Source: Chthoniobacteraceae bacterium
Lineage (GTDB): Bacteria; Verrucomicrobiota; Verrucomicrobiia; Chthoniobacterales; Chthoniobacteraceae
Length of the DNA stretch: 64,000 nucleotides
Assembly (NCBI GenBank): GCA_031409335.1
Contig: JANNWY010000108.1
Coordinates: 1 to 64,000, forward strand
Direction: 5' to 3'
Numbering within the stretch: position 1 is the first letter of the stretch; each line of letters begins with the position of its first letter. Below are positions 19,147-27,582 of the stretch, piece after piece. The position numbers were made by a program, and so were the translations under genes. The notes under the pieces are model-generated. The model was not told where the DNA came from. It worked only from the letters and a program-made list of their open reading frames with translations, and did no database searches.

Positions 19147-19454
19147 TCGAAAGCTTAATCCCTTTCCGCCATTTGCATTCGCCTCGTCTTCTCCGCCAAA
19201 GACCGCCGGGCGCTTCGGGTGTGCTTAAAAGTGGAACCAGCGTATGGAGGCAGCCAGATAGCTCAGGCAGCCCCGACATGAATCCCACCCACACACGCCA
19301 CGCCAAACTTCCCAAGAGCGCGCGTTCTCTTGGGAGAGGCGCTCCGCGCGCAGGTCGATCATGCGGGGGACCGCGTGAGCTACTTGCTTCCATCCACTCG
19401 TTCCACTTTCAATTACCGTCGGGCACCCCAGCGCGAGCGACAAACCGACGCGCC

Positions 19455-19543
19455 CGCGACGAAGAAACTCCCCGGCGAAGGTTTCAAACACTCGTAGCCA
19501 CCGCTGATCAAGATGGATGCCGCAGTGAAGGCGAAAGTGGAAA
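19455..19543 (+). pseudogene. Displaced, decaying copy of ubiD 3' end
   Basis: ATKKLPGEGFKHS*PPLIKMDAAVKAKVE versus ATKKLPGEGFKRPWPPLIKMDAAVKAKVE. Confidence 0.9.
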
Positions 19544-19673
19544 GAAGGTGGAAAAAGTGCCGTGTCACCGGGGCTTCCTGCGAATCAACCAACCCCGCGT
19601 CCTGCTTTTCAAACGCTGGCGCATTGCCTGAAATAGGAGCACCTGATTCAGTCCGCCAAAACCCTTTTGAACA

Positions 19674-20750
19674 ATGAGCAGGAAATGGAAAATCGCAGGC
19701 ATCAACTTCGACCACATGCACATGGGCGACCTGTTGCGCAATGCGGCCGAGCACCCGGAAGTCGAGATCGCGGGCATTTGCGATGAGAAGCGGGAGCGCA
19801 TGGAGATTTCCGTGCGCAATTTTAACATCCCGCGCGACCGCGTTTTCACGGACTACCGCGAGTGCATGGAAAAGGCGAAGCCCGATCTGGTGATCCTCTG
19901 CCCTGCGACGGCGGAGCACGGACTGTGGACGAAGCGCATCGCGGAGTACGGCGTTCACATCATGGTCGAGAAGCCATTCGCCGCGACGCTGGTTGAGGCG
20001 GACGAGATGATCGCGGCGCAGCAGGCGACAGGGAAATTGCTCGCGATCAACTGGCCGACGCGCTGGTCTGCCTGCAACATTACGGCCAAACGAATGATCA
20101 ATGAAGGGGTGATTGGCGACGTGTTGAACGTGCATCATTATGGCGGGAATCGCGGGCCGCTTTTTCACGGGGCGGACAAGGCGGTACATTCGCCGACTGC
20201 GGCGGACAAGGCGAAGAGTTGGTTTTACAACAAGGCGCAGGGCGGCGGGTCGCTGCTGGACTACGCGGGATACGGCGCGACGCTCGGGACGTGGTTTCAG
20301 GGCGGGCGTAAACCGCTCGAAGTGACGTGCGTGACCGATGAGCCCGCCGGGCTCGAAGTGGACGAGCACAGCATCACGGTCTGCCGCTACGCGCATGGGC
20401 TGTCGAAGGTCGAGACGCGCTGGGGCACGTTCACCGATCCGTGGGTCACGCAGCCGCAGCCAAAGTGCGGCTTTGTCGTCGCGGGGACGAAGGGGACGAT
20501 TTCGGCATACGATTACGCGACGCGTTTGCGTGTCCAGACCACGGATGTGCCAGTGCGGGCAAAGGTGCCGGTGGACGAAGTGCCCGCCCCGTTCCACAAC
20601 CCGATCCAATATCTGATCCACTGTCTGGAAACGGAAACGCCGGTGACCGGTCCGCTCGCGCCCAACATCGCGCGGATCGGGCAGCAGATTGTGGACAGCG
20701 CAGTGCTCAGCGCGCGTGAGAAGCGAACGGTGGCTTTGGTGGAAAGCTGA
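19674..20750 (+). CDS. Gfo/Idh/MocA oxidoreductase
   Basis: MVEKPFA, GGGSLLDYAGY. Confidence 0.88.
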   Translation: MSRKWKIAGINFDHMHMGDLLRNAAEHPEVEIAGICDEKRERMEISVRNFNIPRDRVFTDYRECMEKAKPDLVILCPATAEHGLWTKRIAEYGVHIMVEKPFAATLVEADEMIAAQQATGKLLAINWPTRWSACNITAKRMINEGVIGDVLNVHHYGGNRGPLFHGADKAVHSPTAADKAKSWFYNKAQGGGSLLDYAGYGATLGTWFQGGRKPLEVTCVTDEPAGLEVDEHSITVCRYAHGLSKVETRWGTFTDPWVTQPQPKCGFVVAGTKGTISAYDYATRLRVQTTDVPVRAKVPVDEVPAPFHNPIQYLIHCLETETPVTGPLAPNIARIGQQIVDSAVLSAREKRTVALVES

Positions 20751-20782
20751 CGGGCGCGGGCTGGCTCCATCGTTTGGAAAAA

Positions 20783-21883
20783 ATGAGCGATGAAATCTAC
20801 GGGGTGACCTCGGAACGGGCCGGGCAGTGCGTGCCAGCGCCCGAATTGCCCTGCCGTCCGCCGACTCCGCACGATCCGACAGCGCTGCCGATCGGGCTCA
20901 TCGGATGTGGGGGAATCACGCAGAGCCATCTCGCGGCTTACCGCGCGGCGGGTTTCCGCGTCACTGCGATCTCGAGCCGCTCGCGGGAACGCGCGGAGGC
21001 AAGGCGCGCAGAATATTTTCCGGAGGCGCGGATTCACGAGGACTGGCGCGAGTTGCTCGCCTGCGAGGATGTGCGGGTGGTGGATATCGCGACGCACGCG
21101 GCGGTGCGACCGCCGATCGTGGAGGCGGCGCTGCGGTCGGGGAAACATGTGCTTTCACAAAAGCCCTTTGCGCTCGATCTGGCGACCGGGCGGCATCTTG
21201 CCGACCTCGCGGATGAACGCGGGCTGCGGCTCGCGGTGAATCAAAACGGCCGATGGGCTCCGCATTTTGCGTGGATTCGCGAGGCGATCGCGGCGGGTCT
21301 GATCGGAGATGTTTCCACTGTCGATTTCGCGGTGCATTGGGATCACCACTGGATCTGCGGCACGCCGTTCGAGGCAATGCCGGACCTGATCCTCGCGGAT
21401 TTCGCGATCCACTGGTTTGATCTAGCGTGCGCATTTCTGGGCGGCCGCGGCGCGCGGAAAGTGTATGCCTCGGCTGCCCGGTCGCGGTCGCAGCGGGCGC
21501 GTCCGCCATTCCTCGCCCACGCCTGCGTCGAGTTTGAGGAAGCGCAGGCGACGTTGTGTTTCAATGCGGACACGATGCACGGCCACGAGGATCGGACATC
21601 CGTGATCGGCAGCCTGGGAAGTGTGCGCAGTTCAGGCCCCGGCCTGCTCGATCAGCGCGTCACTCTTCACACAAAGGAAGGAGTGGCCGCGCCGGAACTC
21701 GCGGGCAATTGGTTCCGCGAGGGGTTCATCGGAACGATGGGGGAATTGCTTTGCGCGATCGAGGAATCCCGGGAACCCGCGAATTCCGCGCGCGGAAATT
21801 TGCGGAGCCTGGCGCTGTCATTCGCCGCGCTCGAAAGCGCCGCGAGTGGAAATGCGATCGAGCTGTCCCAGCACGACGTTTAA
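20783..21883 (+). CDS. Gfo/Idh/MocA oxidoreductase
   Basis: IGLIGCGGI, VLSQKPFA, DFAIHWFD. Confidence 0.88.
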   Translation: MSDEIYGVTSERAGQCVPAPELPCRPPTPHDPTALPIGLIGCGGITQSHLAAYRAAGFRVTAISSRSRERAEARRAEYFPEARIHEDWRELLACEDVRVVDIATHAAVRPPIVEAALRSGKHVLSQKPFALDLATGRHLADLADERGLRLAVNQNGRWAPHFAWIREAIAAGLIGDVSTVDFAVHWDHHWICGTPFEAMPDLILADFAIHWFDLACAFLGGRGARKVYASAARSRSQRARPPFLAHACVEFEEAQATLCFNADTMHGHEDRTSVIGSLGSVRSSGPGLLDQRVTLHTKEGVAAPELAGNWFREGFIGTMGELLCAIEESREPANSARGNLRSLALSFAALESAASGNAIELSQHDV

Positions 21884-22605
21884 CGAATCATCGTCGGCCG
21901 GTAGGAGCGCGTGGACCCCGTGATGGGATCGATCTGCAAAGTGAAATAGTTCTCCGGCAGAATGCTCGTCGCGCCGGCAGATTCGCCATCGCGCGTTCTG
22001 GATTGGGTGCCGTGGACGGTGATGTACCAACTGTCGCCCTTGGGCCTGCCTTCCCGGCCGTTCAGAGTACCATTCGGCGCGAGATCCGTGGAACCATCGG
22101 GGAGAAAACGAAAGGCGCTGTAGTGATATTTCCGTCCGATCTCCGCATCGGGCATCTCAGGATCGCTCGGACCGGGGTTGGTGACGAATTCCTCCTCCTT
22201 CCGATCCAGCAGCGTGGAAAGCCCGCCTTCGTTCATGATCACATTGATCGGCAGACGCTGCACCGGACCCGATGGCAGCAGCGCGCCATTGTCCAAAACC
22301 TCGAACACTTGCATCGCGCGAAAGAAGCCAGTCTCCGGATTCCTCGCCTGCTCACCGGGAATCTCCGGGTCGCCATATTTGTAGAACCGGACCTCGACGG
22401 AGCGATTTCGACCGAGCGCGGTTTGGCGGGCGAGGGCAAACGCATCCGTTAACATTTGCGAACCTTGGGTGAGCTGCGAACCGCGGATCATCGTGGTGAC
22501 CGCGGGCACTGCAAAGCCGGCGATGATCGCGATGATCGAGATGACGACGAGGAGTTCCACGAGCGAAAAAGCGCGCGGGGAAGCGGAGGAATCACTGGAT
22601 TTCAT
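21880..22605 (-). CDS. Verru_Chthon cassette protein D-like prepilin-type protein
   Basis: AFSLVELLVVISII N-methylation motif, ARQTALGRNRSVEVRFY, FRFLPDGST, NYFTLQIDPITG; start could be 22626. Confidence 0.82.
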   Translation of the reverse strand: MKSSDSSASPRAFSLVELLVVISIIAIIAGFAVPAVTTMIRGSQLTQGSQMLTDAFALARQTALGRNRSVEVRFYKYGDPEIPGEQARNPETGFFRAMQVFEVLDNGALLPSGPVQRLPINVIMNEGGLSTLLDRKEEEFVTNPGPSDPEMPDAEIGRKYHYSAFRFLPDGSTDLAPNGTLNGREGRPKGDSWYITVHGTQSRTRDGESAGATSILPENYFTLQIDPITGSTRSYRPTMIR

Positions 22606-22849
22606 GGATTTCGGGTAGGGTTGCATGGGACAGGTCACTGATGCAAACTCGTCCGATGGGTAGCCCACGATCTTCGTCTTGGGAAAATCACTGGCTGGAA
22701 CGGATTGAGTCGCATGAATGTTCGCTCGGAAGGCATTGACATTATACATACAGCGCGAATCTCGCCAAGTAGGCATTTGGACAACGTTCCGCTCCAACTC
22801 CGAGCGCGCTCTGGCATCTTCGCGTGGCTGCGCTAGCGTCTGCGGCTCT

Positions 22850-23968
22850 ATGTCACTTTGGAATCTTGCCCATCCCTGGCTGCGCGAACTCGTCGCTTAC
22901 GAACCGGGAAAACCGATCGAAGACGTCGCCCGCGAACTCGGGCTAAAGCCGCACGAAATCATCAAACTCGCGTCGAACGAAAACCCGCTCGGCCCTTCAC
23001 CGAAGGCGCTGGTGGCAATGCGCGAGATGCTGGAACGCGCGCACTTTTATCCAGACGGCGGCGGGTATTATTTGCGCGAAGCGATTGCGGCGAAGACGGG
23101 GTTGAAGCGCGAAAATGTGATCCTCGGCTGCGGCTCGAATGAGATCATCGAATTCATCGGCAAAGCGTATTTGAATCCCGGCGACGAGATCATCGCGGCG
23201 CGGCACGCGTTTGTCGTTTACAAGCTGATGGCCACGCTTTTCGGCGCGACGACGATCGAAGTGCCCGACCCGGATTTTCGCCACGATCTCGATGCGATGC
23301 TCGCCGCGATCACTCCACGCACGAAGGAAATCTTCATCGCGAATCCGAACAACCCGACAGGCACGCTCGTCTCGCAGGCCGAGATCGACTCATTCATGGC
23401 GCGCGTGCCGGAGAGCGTCGTCGTCGTGTTCGACGAAGCCTATTACGAGTTCCTGCCCGAACCGCCGGACACGCTCAAGTTTGTGCGCGAAGGCCGCAAC
23501 GTCGTGGTGCTGCGGACGTTTTCAAAAATCCAGGGCCTCGCGAATCTGCGCATCGGCTATGGCCTCGCGAAGCCCGAGCTGATCGACGTGCTGCAAAAAA
23601 CGCGGCAGCCCTTCAACGCCAACGGCATTGCCCAAGCGGGAGCGCTCGCCGGAATCCTTGACGACGAACATCAGCAAAAAACCCGCGAGCTGACTTGGGA
23701 AGGCCGCGCGTTTTTGGAAAAAGAATTCGCCGCGATGGGACTCGAATACATCCCGAGCCACGCGAATTTCGTGCTCGTGAAAGTAGGTGACGGGAAAGCG
23801 GTCTTCAACGCGCTGATGAAACGCGGCATCATCATTCGCGACATGAACGCCTACGGCCTGCCCGAATGGATTCGCGTGAGTATCGGCACGATGCCGCAAA
23901 ACGAGCGTTTCCTCGCAGAGCTGAAAACGCTGCCGAATCTGGCCATCCGCGAAACCGCGGCTGCGTAG
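22850..23968 (+). CDS. hisC: Histidinol-phosphate aminotransferase
   Basis: KLASNENPLGPS, NPNNPTG, DEAY, RTFSKIQGLANLRIGY. Confidence 0.93.
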   Translation: MSLWNLAHPWLRELVAYEPGKPIEDVARELGLKPHEIIKLASNENPLGPSPKALVAMREMLERAHFYPDGGGYYLREAIAAKTGLKRENVILGCGSNEIIEFIGKAYLNPGDEIIAARHAFVVYKLMATLFGATTIEVPDPDFRHDLDAMLAAITPRTKEIFIANPNNPTGTLVSQAEIDSFMARVPESVVVVFDEAYYEFLPEPPDTLKFVREGRNVVVLRTFSKIQGLANLRIGYGLAKPELIDVLQKTRQPFNANGIAQAGALAGILDDEHQQKTRELTWEGRAFLEKEFAAMGLEYIPSHANFVLVKVGDGKAVFNALMKRGIIIRDMNAYGLPEWIRVSIGTMPQNERFLAELKTLPNLAIRETAAA

Positions 23969-23971
23969 CGC

Positions 23972-25303
23972 ATGATAGAGACGATCGCCGCCATCGCCAC
24001 GCCGTTTGGCGAAGGCGCGATAGCGCTGCTGCGCCTCAGCGGGCCGCAGGCAGTGGAGGTGGCGCGCGGGGTTTTCCGCGGAGCGAAAGAGCTGGCGCCG
24101 CGGGTCGCGCATTTTGGGGCGATCCATGATGGTGGACGGAAGTTGGATGAGGTTTTGCTCACGGTTTTTCCTGCGCCTGCGAGTTACACGGGGGAGGATG
24201 TGGTGGAGATTGCGTGTCATGGCGGGGTGCTGGTTTCGCGGCGGATTCTCGAGCTGCTATTGCGAAAGGGGGCGCGGTCGGCGGAGCCGGGCGAGTTCAC
24301 GCAGCGGGCTTTTTTGCATGGGAAAATGGATCTGACGCAGGCAGAGGCGGTGATGGATTTGATCGGGGCGCAGACGGATCTGGCGCTGCGGGCGGCGACG
24401 GAGCAGCTGGAAGGTCGGCTCGGCGAAAAATTCCGCGAATTGCGCGAAGGCCTCATCGAAGTGCTCGCCCACGTCGAGGCATACATCGACTTTCCCGATG
24501 AAGACATCGACCCCGCGACTGGCGATTTACTGCTGGCGAAAATCGACACAGTCCGCGCAAATGCGTCCGGGCTGCTCGCGACGGCGCGGCCTGGAAAAAT
24601 CCTTCGCGAAGGCGTGCGGACGGTGATTTACGGGGCGCCGAATGTGGGGAAGTCGTCGTTGCTGAATCTGCTGCTCGGCTACGAGCGCGCGATCGTGAGC
24701 GCGCGGCCGGGGACGACGCGGGATGTGATCGAGGAGACGATCGACGTGCGCGGGATTCCGCTGCGAATCGTGGACACGGCGGGCGTGCGCGAGAGCGAGG
24801 ATGAGATCGAGCGCGAAGGCATGGCGCGGACGCGGCGGCAGGTGGAGCGGGCAGATTTGGTGCTGCACGTCGTGGATGCGAGCGAGGGAATTGCGGATTG
24901 CGGATTGCGGATTGCGGATTTGGGAGCGCGGACGCTGCTCGTTTTGAACAAGAGCGATCTCGGCGAACACGCGTGCTGGCGCGGAGTCGAAGGCGTGCGC
25001 ATTTCCTGCCTGAAGAGCGAAGGCATCGCGGCGCTCGACGATGCGATCGTCGCAAAAATCACTGGCGGCGAAACTGCGCAGCGCGACTGGTCGGTGGCGA
25101 TCAATGCGCGGCATGAGGCGGCGCTGCAAACGGTGCTGCGTTTTGCGGAGGCGGCCCGGGAAGCTTTTACCAGCGGGCTTTCGCCGGAGTTTGTGGCGGA
25201 GGAATTGCGCGGCTCACTCGGAGCGGTGGGCGATGTCCTCGGGCGGGTAGATCACGAGGACGTGCTGGGGGAAATTTTCAGCACGTTTTGCATCGGGAAG
25301 TGA
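23972..25303 (+). CDS. mnmE: tRNA modification GTPase MnmE
   Basis: SYTGEDVVEI, GAPNVGKSS, GTTRD, DTAG, NKSD, FCIGK. Confidence 0.96.
   Translation: MIETIAAIATPFGEGAIALLRLSGPQAVEVARGVFRGAKELAPRVAHFGAIHDGGRKLDEVLLTVFPAPASYTGEDVVEIACHGGVLVSRRILELLLRKGARSAEPGEFTQRAFLHGKMDLTQAEAVMDLIGAQTDLALRAATEQLEGRLGEKFRELREGLIEVLAHVEAYIDFPDEDIDPATGDLLLAKIDTVRANASGLLATARPGKILREGVRTVIYGAPNVGKSSLLNLLLGYERAIVSARPGTTRDVIEETIDVRGIPLRIVDTAGVRESEDEIEREGMARTRRQVERADLVLHVVDASEGIADCGLRIADLGARTLLVLNKSDLGEHACWRGVEGVRISCLKSEGIAALDDAIVAKITGGETAQRDWSVAINARHEAALQTVLRFAEAAREAFTSGLSPEFVAEELRGSLGAVGDVLGRVDHEDVLGEIFSTFCIGK
24890..24920. repeat. (ATTGCGG)4 heptamer tandem repeat inside mnmE
   Basis: Encodes IADCGLRIAD between G3 and G4 motifs. 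Confidence 0.9.
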
Positions 25304-25355
25304 CTCGGGCTTTCCGGCCCGTGAGATCCGCGGCTGCCCGGCTGGAAAGTCCGAG
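25304..25355 (+). terminator. Hairpin after mnmE stop
   Basis: CTCGGGCTTTCCGGCC / GGCTGGAAAGTCCGAG, two G-U wobbles on + strand; no U-tract. Confidence 0.4.
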
Positions 25356-25380
25356 CCAGATCAGACCGAACCGCTGCCCG

Positions 25381-25593
25381 CTACATCACGAACGGCTCCA
25401 CATCTTTCCCCTTCAAATTCCGACGCGCCCAATCGAGTTCGTCTCCGGCCAGGTCGGCGGCGAACTCTGCGTTGACCGCATATACCGTTTCGACGGGCAG
25501 GCTTGGCAAAGTCGGCACCGGTTTATCCGGAATCGGCAGGTCTAGGTCCAGCATATCGAGTTCGGATTTCGTCAACGATGGCGGGTGTGGCAT
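25381..25593 (-). CDS. Small hypothetical protein downstream of nucleotidyltransferase
   Basis: MLDLDLPIPD...KDVEPFVM; overlaps upstream gene end; start 25593 or 25554. Confidence 0.55.
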   Translation of the reverse strand: MPHPPSLTKSELDMLDLDLPIPDKPVPTLPSLPVETVYAVNAEFAADLAGDELDWARRNLKGKDVEPFVM

Positions 25594-26077
25594 ACCTGCG
25601 CAGTATCTCCGCGTAATCTGGCGCGGCAAGGTCCACTTGGTTGTGCTGAAGGAGTTCAATCACATCGACGAAATCGCGGGAGTAACGATATGGGTCGCCG
25701 TGGCGCAGCGCGTGGAGTTTGAGAGCAATCAAGTTTCTCAAGGAAGGAATTCGCACCTCGGCACCACCGAGTTTCACCACGGTCGTCTTGTCCAAAAGTT
25801 TGGTGAACGTGCGGTCATTCACCAGCATCAGATCAATACCCGTGCGATCATCGCCGTTCGGGTTAAACATGAGAAAAGCGCCCTGAATGTGGTGCGGATA
25901 GTAATCAAGGCTGAGGATGAGTTCGTGCCACTTTTGACGGTCATCTTCGCGGACGAGAAGGTCCACATCCACGGTCCGGCGCGGGTAGCCATAGGCGACC
26001 ACCGCGTTTCCCCCGATCACGAGAAATTCCAGCTGCGCGGCGGCGGCGTTTTTGGCGAGAGCTTCGACGATCTTCAC
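25523..26077 (-). CDS. Pol-beta-like nucleotidyltransferase (AbiEii/MNT-like)
   Basis: FLVIGGNAV...RRTVDVDLLV, LIALKLHA, RDFVD. Confidence 0.85.
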   Translation of the reverse strand: MKIVEALAKNAAAAQLEFLVIGGNAVVAYGYPRRTVDVDLLVREDDRQKWHELILSLDYYPHHIQGAFLMFNPNGDDRTGIDLMLVNDRTFTKLLDKTTVVKLGGAEVRIPSLRNLIALKLHALRHGDPYRYSRDFVDVIELLQHNQVDLAAPDYAEILRRYATPAIVDEIRTRYAGPRPADSG

Positions 26078-26178
26078 GGTTCGATTAAGCCAAGCGAAGG
26101 CGAGGAATGCCAAGCTCACAAAACACACGGAGCGATTCTCCATTCACAAACCTTCGCGACCTCTGCACTGTAAGGCGC

Positions 26179-27195
26179 GTGAGTTTTTCGCCTTACCAAA
26201 GTCTGCTGCGTCCGCTGCTTTTCCGCATCGATGCGGAGCAGGTGCATCATCTCGCGATGGCGGCGCTGGCGGGGCCGGGGCGGTGGATTGCGCCGCTCTT
26301 GCCGCCCTCCGATGCGCGGCTCGCGCGGGACGTTTTCGGCGTGAGATTTCCGAACCCGGTGGGACTCGCGGCGGGGTTTGATAAGAATGCGGTGGCGCTG
26401 CCGGCTTGGGCGGGGTTGGGATTTGGGTTTGCGGAAGTCGGGACGATCACGGCGCGGGCGCAGCCGGGGAATCCGAAGCCGCGGATTTTTCGCGTGCCGG
26501 AAATTGGCGGGCTGATCAACCGGCTTGGCTTTAACAATGACGGGGCGGATGCGGTCGCAGATCGGCTGGCGCATTTGCGGAAATCGGGGAGGTGGCCGGC
26601 GATGCCCGTGGGGATCAATATCGGGAAATCCAAGGTGACGCCGCTGGATGAGGCGGCGGCGGATTATCTGCTTTCGTTTGAGCGGTTGCAGCATTTTGGC
26701 GACTACTTTGTTTTGAATGTGAGTTCGCCGAATACGCCGGGGTTGCGCGCGTTGCAGGATCGCGCGGCGCTGGATTCGCTGATGGGGCACATGCAGCGGC
26801 GGAATACGGGGCGGCCTTTGCTGGTGAAGATCGCGCCGGATTTGGAGTGGAGCGCGATCGAGGAAATTTTGGGGCTGGTGGAGGAGCACGGGCTGGCGGG
26901 GATCATCGCGACGAATACGACGATCGATCACGCGAGCGTGCCGGAGGCGGCGCGGCAGCAGGGCGGCTTGAGCGGGCGGCCGCTGCGGGCGCGCTCGACG
27001 GAGGTGGTGCGTTTCATCACGGCGCGGACGAAGCTGCCGGTGATCGCGGTGGGCGGGGTTTTTTCGGCGGATGATGCGCTGGAGAAATTCGACGCGGGTG
27101 CCGCGCTGATCCAGCTTTACACGGGCTTCATTTACGAAGGGCCGGGGCTGGTGCGCCGCATTTGCGATGCGCTGCTGGCGCGCGCTTCTTCGTAA
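26179..27195 (+). CDS. pyrD: Quinone-dependent dihydroorotate dehydrogenase
   Basis: GLAAGFDKN, NRLGFNN, NVSSPNTPG, GGLSG. Confidence 0.95.
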   Translation: MSFSPYQSLLRPLLFRIDAEQVHHLAMAALAGPGRWIAPLLPPSDARLARDVFGVRFPNPVGLAAGFDKNAVALPAWAGLGFGFAEVGTITARAQPGNPKPRIFRVPEIGGLINRLGFNNDGADAVADRLAHLRKSGRWPAMPVGINIGKSKVTPLDEAAADYLLSFERLQHFGDYFVLNVSSPNTPGLRALQDRAALDSLMGHMQRRNTGRPLLVKIAPDLEWSAIEEILGLVEEHGLAGIIATNTTIDHASVPEAARQQGGLSGRPLRARSTEVVRFITARTKLPVIAVGGVFSADDALEKFDAGAALIQLYTGFIYEGPGLVRRICDALLARASS

Positions 27196-27209
27196 GACTT
27201 ACCACCATC

Positions 27210-27440
27210 ATGAATACGATCCGCCTTCTCCTCGCAGCCATCACCCTGCCTGTCGCCGGTTGCAGCCAGTTCGAAAATCCATTCGACAATGCCAATCACG
27301 ACATGGTCCCGCTGCAAGGCGTGGGCGAGCGGCCAAACATTAAAAATCGGTTTCCGGAAAGCCGCGGCGGACTGCCACTGAGCCGGGCGGATCGCGAGGA
27401 TCGCGACATGACGCCGATCGAGCGGCTGCGGCAGTATTAG
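27210..27440 (+). CDS. Small lipoprotein
   Basis: Signal peptide with VAGC lipobox. Confidence 0.6.
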   Translation: MNTIRLLLAAITLPVAGCSQFENPFDNANHDMVPLQGVGERPNIKNRFPESRGGLPLSRADREDRDMTPIERLRQY

Positions 27441-27451
27441 TCCTCTTCATT

Positions 27452-27542
27452 TCCTGATCTTGATCCTGCTCTTGATCTTGATCCTCAACTCCGGCGGGAG
27501 CGACGGAGGATCAGGATCAGGATTGTGAGCACGATCAAGAGC
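27452..27542. repeat. Hexameric (TGATCY) inverted-repeat hairpin
   Basis: TCCTGATCTTGATCCTGCTCTTGATCTTGATCCTC ... GAGGATCAGGATCAGGATTGTGAGCACGATCAAGAG. Confidence 0.7.
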
Positions 27543-27582
27543 GCTGGAAGTCGGGCGCGGGATGCGGGATGGTTGCGGAATC

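Larger units (their letters stand above)
16388..19543. mobile_element. About 3.1-kb genomic islet bounded by duplicated ubiD 3' end
   Basis: 89-bp imperfect direct repeats 16388-16476 and 19455-19543, first 27 bp identical; low-GC DUF262 cargo; no integrase. Confidence 0.75.

Noticed and set aside
19308..19337. Hairpin TCCCAAGAG/CTCTTGGGA within the islet
   Set aside because: Single short stem, no U-tract or second copy; function cannot be assigned
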